Positions 1-8,925 of a DNA stretch of 50,883 bases are shown in pieces. The DNA comes from Acidimicrobiales bacterium. GTDB lineage: Bacteria > Actinomycetota > Acidimicrobiia > Acidimicrobiales > VFJN01. The number at the start of each line of letters is the position of its first letter. Within the stretch, counting starts at the first letter, position 1. Below the pieces are notes generated by a model that was not told the origin of the DNA, ran no database searches, and saw only the letters and a list, made by a program, of their open reading frames with translations. The position numbers and the translations under genes are program-made. The stretch lies in contig DASUQS010000047.1 of NCBI GenBank assembly GCA_036280455.1, forward strand, positions 1-50,883. The letters run 5' to 3'.

Positions 1-424
<424 letters not shown>

Positions 425-729
425 ATCAATGCCCCCATCGCAAGCGATGAGGACTTCGATAGAGAAGCCTCGTATCGGGCGGAATCTCCCGAACACGAGG
501 CACTGGCACCATCGGATGGTGCGAACACCATCCGGATATTGACGGTGCGTTTCGTCATAAACGACCACGTCGGAACCGAAGCTCCGAGGCGGTCGCCCGC
601 ACTCGCTCTCTCGTCCTGTCTTCTGTTTTCAAGGAGCGACTTGCGCTCATGGCACGTGCCCCGAAGGGGCTTTGGTGCCGATTTCGCTGTCCCGTTCCGG
701 TCCGTATCGGCCGTGCGGGGCGAGGAGTT

Positions 730-758
730 AATCTAACGATTGCCCCCTACCCCGTCAA
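730..758 (-). promoter_or_regulatory. Candidate rrn promoter: -35 TTGACG (753-758), 17-nt spacer, -10 TAGATT (730-735)
   Basis: Read on the minus strand as TTGACG-GGGTAGGGGGCAATCGT-TAGATT. It lies about 300 nt upstream of the 16S 5' end. It is an A/T-rich hexamer pair in an otherwise GC-rich spacer. Confidence 0.5.
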
Positions 759-927
759 CCTGGGAACCAGGTTTCTGGGAGATTTCTTCGGGCACCTGCG
801 CTGACCAGGGGTTTTGTCCCGCCGGTTGGCGCAGCCCCCAGCCTAGGGGCGCCGAAGAGCGAACCGTCGCGGCGATGCGAAGAAGTTTCCGCACCGTCAG
901 CGCGTGCTGCGGGGCTGTGGGTGTGGA

Positions 928-2232
928 TCACACCCGGTCAGGTGCAACAGCCACGAGGAGCGCGTAATTCCGCTTTCCCTTGCGCAGGAGGACGTAGCGC
1001 CCGTGGAGGACGTCGTCCACGCCCACGACCGCGTCGGCACCGACCTTCCGCCCGTTCACCGACACGGCGCCCTGCTCGATCGACCGACGGGCATCGCCCT
1101 TCGAGCTCGCCAGTCCGCTCTCGACGAGGAGGGGGACGAGGTCAGCTCCCTCCCCCAGCTCGCCGGCGGACGGGAGAGGTGCCGTCGGTACCTCGTCAGC
1201 CACCGCCGCCAGTGCCCCGGGCCCCGCCTCGAGCGGCGACCCGCCGAACAGCAGCGCGGCGGCCCCGGCGGCCGCGTCCGCCGCCTGGTCCCCATGGACC
1301 AGTGCGGTGACCTCGCAGGCCAACCTGCGTTGGCCGGCGCGCCGCTCGGGGTGCTCCAGGTGCTCGGCGGCGATCGCATCCACCTCGCCCATGGGGAGGA
1401 GCGTGAACTTCGCCAGGAACTCGCGCACCTGACGGTCGTCGATCTGCATCCAGTGCTGGAAGAACTGGTACGGGGTGGTGCGCACCGGATCGAGCCAGAT
1501 GCGGGCCCCGGTCGTCTTCCCCAGCTTCGAGCCGTCGGGCGCGGTGAGCAGCGGCCACGACAGCCCGTGGGCGGTGGCTCCCCGCACCCGGCGGATGAGA
1601 TCGATGCCCGACAGGATGTTGCCCCACTGATCGGACCCGCCGATCTGCATCTCGACGCCCTGGTCCTCGTGCAGGCGCAGGAAGTCGTGAGCCTGCAGCA
1701 GCATGTAGCTGAACTCCGTGTAGCTGATGCCGTGCTCGCTGGCGAGCCGCGCCTTCACCGACTCGCGCGCCAGCATCTGGTTGACCGTCACGTGCTTGCC
1801 CACGTCCCGCAGGAAGTCGAGGAGCGTCACCCCGACCGTCCAGTCCCGGTTGTCGACCAGCAGGGCACGCCCGTCGTCGAAGTCGAGGATGCGCGCCATC
1901 TGCGCCTTGATCGCCGCCACGTTGGTGCTGAGGGTGTCGTCGTCGAGGAGGTTGCGCTCCTCGGACCGGCCGCTCGGGTCGCCCACCATGCCGGTGGCGC
2001 CGCCGGCGAGCGCGACCGGGCGATGCCCGGCGTCCTGGAAGCGGCGGAGCACCAGCAGGCCGATCAGGTTGCCGATGTGCAGGCTGTCGGCCGTCGGGTC
2101 GCAGCCGTAGTAGAGGGAGATCGGTCCCTCGGCCAACCGGTCGGCGAGTGCCTGCAGGTCGGTGCTGTCGTGCACCAGGCCGCGGGCCTCGAGGTCGTCG
2201 AGGATGCTCACATCTGCCGTCACGGGTGACAT
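928..2232 (-). CDS. tyrS: Tyrosyl-tRNA synthetase
   Basis: Class I motifs HIGN (HIGH variant) and KLGKT (KMSKS variant) are present, with a C-terminal S4-like domain (...GRYVLLRKGKRNYALL). I chose the start at ATG 2232 (MSPVTADVSILDDLEARGL), because the ORF's upstream 47 codons look non-coding. Confidence 0.95.
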   Translation of the reverse strand: MSPVTADVSILDDLEARGLVHDSTDLQALADRLAEGPISLYYGCDPTADSLHIGNLIGLLVLRRFQDAGHRPVALAGGATGMVGDPSGRSEERNLLDDDTLSTNVAAIKAQMARILDFDDGRALLVDNRDWTVGVTLLDFLRDVGKHVTVNQMLARESVKARLASEHGISYTEFSYMLLQAHDFLRLHEDQGVEMQIGGSDQWGNILSGIDLIRRVRGATAHGLSWPLLTAPDGSKLGKTTGARIWLDPVRTTPYQFFQHWMQIDDRQVREFLAKFTLLPMGEVDAIAAEHLEHPERRAGQRRLACEVTALVHGDQAADAAAGAAALLFGGSPLEAGPGALAAVADEVPTAPLPSAGELGEGADLVPLLVESGLASSKGDARRSIEQGAVSVNGRKVGADAVVGVDDVLHGRYVLLRKGKRNYALLVAVAPDRV

Positions 2233-2362
2233 GGTCCCCGGCCCGGCCGCGACCGGTCCAGCGCGATCCTCCTCCCCCGTTCGCCCGTGGGCCTCCGTGC
2301 CCACGGAGGACGGGCCTCCCGACTGGACTCGACAGGCGCCCGACGGGGAGCCTGTGCAGGTG

Positions 2363-2926
2363 ATGACCGACACGCGACCCGCGGACGAGCCCGACGCGCC
2401 GGAGGGTCGGCGCTGGACGCCGGTGCGGGCCTTCCTCGCCGTCGTCGTGCTCTCCCTCGTGGCGATGTGGGTCTACGTGCTGTTCCTGGCGATCGGACCC
2501 GGCCGCCAGCCTCCGATCGACCGCCTCGAGGATCCCGCCTTCGCCGAGGCCGGCGAAGCCCGGTGCGCCGAGGCGCTCGAGGACGTCGAGGCCTTGCCCG
2601 TCGCCAACGAGTCGACCACGGCGGCCGAGCGGGCGGAGGTGCTCAGCCGGGCCGACGCCGTCTTCGCCGACATGCTCGACGACCTCGACGCCTCGGTCGA
2701 CCTGGCTCCCGCCGGCGATCAGCGGCGCCGGGCCACCGAGTGGCTGGCCGACTGGCGCACCTACCTCGCCGATCGCGAGGCCTTCGCCGACGCCCTGCGC
2801 GTCGACCCCGAGGCTCGGCTGCTGGTCTCCGAGAAGCCCGGCGAGGGTCGCCAGATCACCGGTTGGATCGACGAGTTCGCCAAGGCCAACCGCATGCCCT
2901 CCTGCATCACCCCCGTCGACGCCTGA
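2363..2926 (+). CDS. Hypothetical single-pass membrane protein, divergent from tyrS
   Basis: Starts at ATG 2363 (MTDTRPADEP...). It has one hydrophobic helix (AFLAVVVLSLVAMWVYVLFLAI), an acidic soluble domain and high GC3. No family recognised. Confidence 0.65.
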   Translation: MTDTRPADEPDAPEGRRWTPVRAFLAVVVLSLVAMWVYVLFLAIGPGRQPPIDRLEDPAFAEAGEARCAEALEDVEALPVANESTTAAERAEVLSRADAVFADMLDDLDASVDLAPAGDQRRRATEWLADWRTYLADREAFADALRVDPEARLLVSEKPGEGRQITGWIDEFAKANRMPSCITPVDA

Positions 2927-3025
2927 TCATCCGTCGACCACCAGGCTGAGCCCCTCGGGACTCCCATCAGGGGGCGACGAGCACGATCCGTCCGGGACGG
3001 CCCGGCAGCCCACACCGCGTCTCGG

Positions 3026-3646
3026 TCAGGCCCGCCCGCGCTCCCCCTCGATCTCGTCCAGGGCGGCCAGCGCCGCCCGCGCCATGCGCAGTGTGCCGTC
3101 GTCCACCTCGAGCTCGGGCAGCTCGTCGTAGCTCGCCCAGCGGAGCGCCAGCGACTCGTGGTTGCCGACCGGGACGGCGCCGGGCGGCGCGATCGCCAGG
3201 TAGCGCACGTCGAGGTGCAGGTGCGGCCCGTGGGGCGGGCCCACCTCGTGGATGTCGAGGTCGATGGCGGGCAGCGCCACCGCCAGGCCCGTCACGCCGG
3301 TCTCCTCGACGGCCTCGCGCCAGGCCACCCCCGGGAGGTTGGCATCGCCGTCGGCGTGCCCGCCCGGCTGGAACCACCGACCGAGCTTGGCGTGGAGCAT
3401 GAGGAGGAACCGTCGATCGGCCGGGTCGACGACCATCGCGGAGCCCGTGAGGTGACCGGGCTCGCACGTGCGTTCCAGCGCGTCGGCGTGGGCGTCGACG
3501 AAGGCCAGCATCTCGCGCCGGTGGCGCTCGTGGTCGGCGTCGCCCGGGCGAGCCGCCGCGATGTGGGCACGGGCGTCGACCAGGCGCGAGGACCGGTCCA
3601 GCGCCGCGCTCGGCGGCCGGTGGACGGCGAACGGCCCGGCGCTCAC
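3026..3646 (-). CDS. NUDIX hydrolase (206 aa)
   Basis: This is the C-terminal 206 codons of track ORF 3026..8344. The Nudix box is GGHADGDANLPGVAWREAVEETGV (3293-3364), with REAVEETGV matching REUxEExGU. The GTG start at 3646 overlaps the upstream TGA stop (3643-3645) as GTGA. Confidence 0.85.
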   Translation of the reverse strand: MSAGPFAVHRPPSAALDRSSRLVDARAHIAAARPGDADHERHRREMLAFVDAHADALERTCEPGHLTGSAMVVDPADRRFLLMLHAKLGRWFQPGGHADGDANLPGVAWREAVEETGVTGLAVALPAIDLDIHEVGPPHGPHLHLDVRYLAIAPPGAVPVGNHESLALRWASYDELPELEVDDGTLRMARAALAALDEIEGERGRA

Positions 3647-6600
3647 CCTCGATCCGCCGCGTCGAGGTGAGCGTCGCCCGCACCGGGGTGGAGGGGGTCG
3701 AGGCTGCGGCCGCCCCCGTTGCCGGACGCCGCCGGCGACGCGCCTGCCGGCTCCGCGGCGACCATCTCGGCGCCGGCTGTCGGAGCCACGGCCGTCTGGG
3801 TGCCAGCGGTCGGAGGAGGACTCGTCGGGGCGGGCGCCACGGCCGGCGCAGGCCCGGGGCGCAGCGCACCGAGCCGATCGCCGATGACCCCCAGCTGGGC
3901 GGCGATGCGGGCCACCGGGTCGGACCCGTCGCCCAACGCCTGCACCCGGGCGAACGCATTCGTGACCTCGGCCCACCGCGCCGCTTGCTCCGGCGTCGTG
4001 CGGCCGCGGAGCTCCGCCAGCTTCAGCAGGTTGTGCTCGGCGCCGGAGGTGAGCGTCTGCGCCTCGGACCGGTAGTGGTCGTCGAGCAGCGACTCGACCT
4101 CGGCGTCGGTCATGCCCGGCACGATCCGCTCCACCAGCTTGTTCATGTTGCGATAGCTGCCCTGCAGCAGGAACGGCGGCTCGGTGCGGAAGGCGGCGTC
4201 CTGGCCCGCCGACGCGATGTACGCCTGGTTGACCGCCATCACGACCCGCTGCACACGGCGCACGATGCGCAGAACCGACACCAGCTCGGCGAGCTCGACC
4301 GCGCTGTACGGGTGGCTCAGGCGATCGGCCGGCACCTCCTCGCCGTCTGCCATCCGGACGAGCAGGGCCACATCCGCCAGATCGCGCCCCGCCAAGGGGG
4401 CGAGCACCGGGTTGGCGGTCAGGGAGTTCTCGACGTAGCTGAGAGCGAAGAGGTCGTCCTGCCCGGTGAGCACGTCGCCGAGGTTGTGGACGTCGGCCCG
4501 GTTGGCCAGCATGTCCGGCACGCGGAAGCGTTGCCCCGATTCGGTGTACGGATTGCCCGCCATGCACACGGCGAAGCGCTTGCCCCGCAGGTCGTAGGTG
4601 CGGGTGCGGCCCGCCCACACGCCTTCCATGCGCCGCTGGGCATCGCACAACGAGATGAACTTCTGCAGCAGCTCCGGGCTCGTGTGCTGGATGTCGTCGA
4701 GGTAGAGCAGCACGTTGTTGCCCATCTCGAGGGCGACGTTGATCTTGTCGACCTCCTGGCGGGCCGTGGCGTCGGGGGCGTCCGCGGGATCGAGCGACGT
4801 CACCCCCGTGCCCAGCGCCGGCCCGTTGACCTTGACGAACACCAACCCGAGGCGGCTGGCCACGTACTCCATCAGGGTCGTCTTGCCGTAGCCCGGTGGT
4901 GACACGAGGAGCAGGAGGCCGCTCTGGTCGGTGCGCCGGCCCTCGCCGACGGTGCCGAGCTGACGGGCGAGGTTGGCGCCCACCAGCGGGAGCACCGCCT
5001 CGTCGACCAGGTGGTTGCGCACGAAGGTGGACATCACCTTGGGCCGCAGCTCGTCGAGGCGCAACGCGTGCCGGGCCCGGGCGAGCGCCTGCTCGCGGGC
5101 CGCCGTCCAGCGGCGGAAGCCGGGCACCGTGGTGCGACGGAACCGCGCGGTGCGCGCCAGCACCTCGTCGAGCCGCACGGCGAGCGCGCCGTCGACGACC
5201 CGGGGATGCTGGCCGACGAGCCCGGTGACCTGCACGGTCCGCAGCCCCGACGACGTCGCCCGGGGCACCGGCGCCGCGGTCGACGCCCCGACCGGATCGG
5301 CCGCGGCGGGGCCGGCGGACGCACCCGTGCCTCCCGTCGGGGTGCCACCCGCCGCCGGGTTCGCACCCGAGGACGTGGACGAGCGTCGCCGCGGCGAGGA
5401 CGGCGTTGGGACGACGGCGTCTGTGAGGACGAGGGCCGCCGCCTCGTCGACCTCGGTCGCCAGGGCGGCGAGCTCCGGGTCGTCGGTCGCGCCGAGGAGG
5501 CCGGCCAACCAGGCGTGGACGAGCTGCCAGCGGGCGGCCAGGCCGCCGGCCGGACCGTCGCCCGCGCCACCCACGGCCGCCAGGTCGTCGTCGAAGGCCC
5601 GGCGCTGGCCGCTGCGCTCGAGGTGAGCCCACAGCCCGTCGCGGAGGGCGACCGCCTGGGCGCTCGTCGCGAACTGCAGCGAGGGCCGGGCCAGCTCTTC
5701 GAACAGGTACGCCGCCGCGGCGGTCGCGTCGTCCGGCGCCACGTCGAGCCCTGCGCCGTCGGCGCCCAGCGCGGCGGCCAGGCCTGTCGCCATCTCCGCC
5801 TGGAGGGCGGGGATCGCGGGACCGGACCCGAAGCTGGCACGCAGCCGGGCCAGGCTGGCGGCCCGGTGGCGCCAGCCGACGGCCCTGGCGCCCGCGCCCT
5901 GCTGGGCCCAGAACAGGCAGGCCAGCGCCCGGGGCAAGGGCGGCCAGCGCAGGCGGTCGGCGGTCTCGGTCGCCAGGACCAGCTGGTGGAGGATGAGCGC
6001 CGCGTCGTGGTCGTGGACACCGCGCTCGTAGCCCTCGTCGTAGCGGTCGGCGGCGTACGTGCGCACGACGTCGAGGAGCGTGCCCTCGGCCCCGGCCGCC
6101 AGCAGCCTCTCGACCGACAGGTCGCCCGTCCGGGCCTCCGCGTCGGCCAGCAGCGCCGTCGCCAGGAACTCCGCCCGGTAGACCTCGGCGGTCTCCGACA
6201 CGAGCCGCTGGTCCCAGTGGGCCTCGGTGCCGGCCAGCTCGGGATCGTCGAGAGGCTGGCGGAAGTCGGTGCCCGTCACCGCCAGTTCGAGATGACCGTC
6301 GCGGGGCACGACGGTGAGCTCGAACGGCTCGGTGGTGACCGAGAACCGGTGCCCGCCCAGGCGGATGACCTCGGCGCCGTCCTCGAACAGGTCGCGGCGG
6401 TCGCGCAGCGTCCGGGCGGCCTCCTGGCGCGCCGCGGTGAGCCGCCCGTCGATCTCGTCGGCCCGCACCGCGTCGTCGAGCTCCCGCAGGCGCGTCGAGA
6501 GCGACCGCAGGCGCTCGACCATGGGGTCGGCGGCGAAGTAGGCGTTGACGTCGTCGGGCGAGTCGAGCTGGGCCGCCCGGCGGGCCACCGTGGCGAGAAC

Positions 6601-8925
6601 CCGCTCGGCGTTGGCCACGAGGCGGTCGGCGTCGCGCTGGCGCTCGTCGAGCATGGCCTGCTTGCGGGCCGTGAACGCCTCGTAGATCTCGTCGCGGCGA
6701 CCGGCCAGCTGCTCTGCGTGGGCGTCGTCGTCGCCGAAGCGCGCCTCGAGCCCTTCGACCTGGGCCAGGAGGCGGGCGAGCTGGTCGTCGCAGGCGGCGG
6801 GCGTGGCCGCCAGGCCCAGTCCGCTGCCCACGGCCTCGGCCAGCAGGGCGAGCTGCGCGCCGAACTCCGCCGCCCCCTCGGACCGTGCCAGGTCGCGGCG
6901 GCGCCCCTCCGCGGAGGAGCGGGCGCGGTTCACCCCGGCCAGCACCTCTGACACCGATTGGAGCACCCGCGTGCGGTCGCGGGCGTCGTCGATCTTCAGG
7001 CCGTCGATCACCTCGGTGACGAGCGCCATCTCGTCGGCCACCGCGGTCAGCCCGGCCGCGCCCTCCGCTGCGTCCGCGGCCGCGCCGGCGGCCCGCCCCT
7101 CGGCGTCGAGGGCGGCGACCCGCTCGTGGTACGGGTCGAACGCCCCCTCCGCGAGCACGAAGCCCACCATGTCGGCGGCGATCCCGTCGAAGGTCTCGGC
7201 GACGCGGGACTCGAGCGCCTCCACCCGGTCGAGGTCGACGTAGCGCAGGTCGCGCAGGGAGACGACCCGCCCGCGCAGGGTCCGCAGCCGCGCCAGCGAA
7301 TCGACGAACCGCGTCACCGAGTCGAGCTTGACGGCCGGAAGCTCGCGCAGGAGCACGCGCAGGTCGCCGTCGACCTGGTCGGCGGCCTCGCCGGCCTGTG
7401 CGCGCAGCGCCTCGACCTTCTCGAACTCGTCGATGACCAGCTCGGCCGTCGAGCGCAGCTCGTGCAAGGGCGTCGCGAGGTCGCCCACCTGAGGATCGCC
7501 CAACCAGTGGTGCGCATCCTGCATCCGGCCGATGCGGGCGACCAGGTCCTCGTACCCGGCGCGCGACGGGTCGGGGTTGGCGGCCAGCCGCTCGATCGAC
7601 ACCGCGTCGCTGACGGCCCGCACGAGCTCGGCGTTGCCGACGACCTCGAGGAACGACTCCCCCACCGGTGCGGCCGCCGCGTGGTCGTCGGTGGCGAACG
7701 GCGTGCGCCAGATCTGCAGCGGGTGGACGCGCGTGGGCTCCTCGCTCTCCGCCCGCAGCACGACCATCGTGCCGTCGTCGAAGATGCCGTAGCCGTGGCA
7801 GACGACCTGCTGGGCCACGTCCTTGCGGATCAGGTTGTACGGCAGCAGGTTGGTGCGCCCGGCCTCGCGCTCGTGGAACGCGTAGAGGACGTCCTCCCCG
7901 TTCGGCGCCCGGCGAGCTTCGACGAAGATCATCGAGTCGACGTCGCCTTCGAACGTCCGGTGCTCCCCGGACGCCAGCACGTAGCCGCCCGGGAAGATCA
8001 GCCCGTGGTCCTCCGGCAGCTGCTGGCAGGCGGCGCCGATCGCGTCGATGCGCTCGACCTGGCGGGTCCGCGTGTTGAACACGAGGTGGCGCCAGGTGTC
8101 CTCCTTGTACGGGCGGATGCGCAGGAGGATCAGCGGGCCGAGCCGGCAGTGGTGGATGTCGGCGTCGGCGAGGCCCTGGGTGGGCTGGTCGACGGGCTCG
8201 GACCAGATCCCCTCCCCCGTCTCGGTGTTGTTCTCGACCTTGATGGTGAGGTCGCCACCGATCGTCTCGACGAACAGCTCGTCGCCGATGCTGACGTGCG
8301 GGTACCGGCCGGTCACGTGGTCGTCGCGGGTCGTCTCGACCCACTCGAAGTCGTGCGCGGACGGGAACACGTGCTCGCGCTCGCCCCGGTCGTCGATGTA
8401 GCGCACCGTGCCGTCGCGCTCGAGGGCCCAGCGGAACACCTTGAGGTCGGCGGCGGCCCGGCCCGTCTGGAAGACCGCCAACAGGCGACCCTCCAACCGG
8501 CGCAGCTGCACGAGACGGGTGTCCTTGTAGTAGCGGAACACCTCGCCGAAGTCGTGGACGAAGGCCGGGTCGGCCAGGAAGTTGGCGGGGTCGCCCGCGT
8601 CCACGTCGTGCAGCTCGTAGGAACCGCCGTCGTTCGCCTCCAGCCGGTGGAGGCTCAGCACGTCGGCGACCGCGGTCTCGGACCGCAGTCCGATGAAGAC
8701 GTTGTAGCCGAACAGCAGCAGCGGGCCGACGGTGACCGCGTCGCGCGGGACGCAGTTGTTGCGCGTGCGGATGCGGGCGGCACCGACGAGCGCCAGATCG
8801 GTGGATCCGAAGGTCTCGTGGCGGGCGTCGTTGAGACGACGGGCCCGCGCGGCGAGCTCGCGCGCCTGGTCGCCCAGGCGCGCCCGCAGCAGCTCGTAGG
8901 TGCCGCCCTCGGCGGGGGTGCTCAC
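3643..8925 (-). CDS. Giant AAA+ ATPase (1,760 aa). Members of this family are usually given the generic label 'DNA repair ATPase' (DUF3686-type N-terminus, from my recollection).
   Basis: I found a single P-loop, LVSPPGYGKTTL (Walker A GYGKTT, 4876-4893), and a Walker B LLYLDD (4693-4710). The N-terminal ~420 aa are beta-rich, followed by a long Ala/Arg/Glu/Leu helical middle. A Ser/Pro/Gly/Thr linker lies at ~5242-5409, and the C-terminal tail is Pro/Ala-rich. The GTG start at 8925 overlaps the flotillin stop as GTGA. Confidence 0.85.
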   Translation of the reverse strand: MSTPAEGGTYELLRARLGDQARELAARARRLNDARHETFGSTDLALVGAARIRTRNNCVPRDAVTVGPLLLFGYNVFIGLRSETAVADVLSLHRLEANDGGSYELHDVDAGDPANFLADPAFVHDFGEVFRYYKDTRLVQLRRLEGRLLAVFQTGRAAADLKVFRWALERDGTVRYIDDRGEREHVFPSAHDFEWVETTRDDHVTGRYPHVSIGDELFVETIGGDLTIKVENNTETGEGIWSEPVDQPTQGLADADIHHCRLGPLILLRIRPYKEDTWRHLVFNTRTRQVERIDAIGAACQQLPEDHGLIFPGGYVLASGEHRTFEGDVDSMIFVEARRAPNGEDVLYAFHEREAGRTNLLPYNLIRKDVAQQVVCHGYGIFDDGTMVVLRAESEEPTRVHPLQIWRTPFATDDHAAAAPVGESFLEVVGNAELVRAVSDAVSIERLAANPDPSRAGYEDLVARIGRMQDAHHWLGDPQVGDLATPLHELRSTAELVIDEFEKVEALRAQAGEAADQVDGDLRVLLRELPAVKLDSVTRFVDSLARLRTLRGRVVSLRDLRYVDLDRVEALESRVAETFDGIAADMVGFVLAEGAFDPYHERVAALDAEGRAAGAAADAAEGAAGLTAVADEMALVTEVIDGLKIDDARDRTRVLQSVSEVLAGVNRARSSAEGRRRDLARSEGAAEFGAQLALLAEAVGSGLGLAATPAACDDQLARLLAQVEGLEARFGDDDAHAEQLAGRRDEIYEAFTARKQAMLDERQRDADRLVANAERVLATVARRAAQLDSPDDVNAYFAADPMVERLRSLSTRLRELDDAVRADEIDGRLTAARQEAARTLRDRRDLFEDGAEVIRLGGHRFSVTTEPFELTVVPRDGHLELAVTGTDFRQPLDDPELAGTEAHWDQRLVSETAEVYRAEFLATALLADAEARTGDLSVERLLAAGAEGTLLDVVRTYAADRYDEGYERGVHDHDAALILHQLVLATETADRLRWPPLPRALACLFWAQQGAGARAVGWRHRAASLARLRASFGSGPAIPALQAEMATGLAAALGADGAGLDVAPDDATAAAAYLFEELARPSLQFATSAQAVALRDGLWAHLERSGQRRAFDDDLAAVGGAGDGPAGGLAARWQLVHAWLAGLLGATDDPELAALATEVDEAAALVLTDAVVPTPSSPRRRSSTSSGANPAAGGTPTGGTGASAGPAAADPVGASTAAPVPRATSSGLRTVQVTGLVGQHPRVVDGALAVRLDEVLARTARFRRTTVPGFRRWTAAREQALARARHALRLDELRPKVMSTFVRNHLVDEAVLPLVGANLARQLGTVGEGRRTDQSGLLLLVSPPGYGKTTLMEYVASRLGLVFVKVNGPALGTGVTSLDPADAPDATARQEVDKINVALEMGNNVLLYLDDIQHTSPELLQKFISLCDAQRRMEGVWAGRTRTYDLRGKRFAVCMAGNPYTESGQRFRVPDMLANRADVHNLGDVLTGQDDLFALSYVENSLTANPVLAPLAGRDLADVALLVRMADGEEVPADRLSHPYSAVELAELVSVLRIVRRVQRVVMAVNQAYIASAGQDAAFRTEPPFLLQGSYRNMNKLVERIVPGMTDAEVESLLDDHYRSEAQTLTSGAEHNLLKLAELRGRTTPEQAARWAEVTNAFARVQALGDGSDPVARIAAQLGVIGDRLGALRPGPAPAVAPAPTSPPPTAGTQTAVAPTAGAEMVAAEPAGASPAASGNGGGRSLDPLHPGAGDAHLDAADRG

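Noticed and set aside
539-561. Plus-strand TTGACG ... CATAAA promoter-like hexamers in the rRNA leader
   Set aside because: The spacer is only ~11-12 nt. The orientation points away from any gene, into the antisense of the rrn leader.
3647-8344. Upstream ~1,565 codons of the 1,772-aa minus-strand ORF 3026..8344
   Set aside because: The translation is Arg/Pro/Gly/Ala-rich nonsense typical of an off-frame read in GC-rich DNA. It overlaps, on the same strand, the 1,760-aa ORF that carries real motifs. Only its last 206 codons (the NUDIX gene) look genuine.
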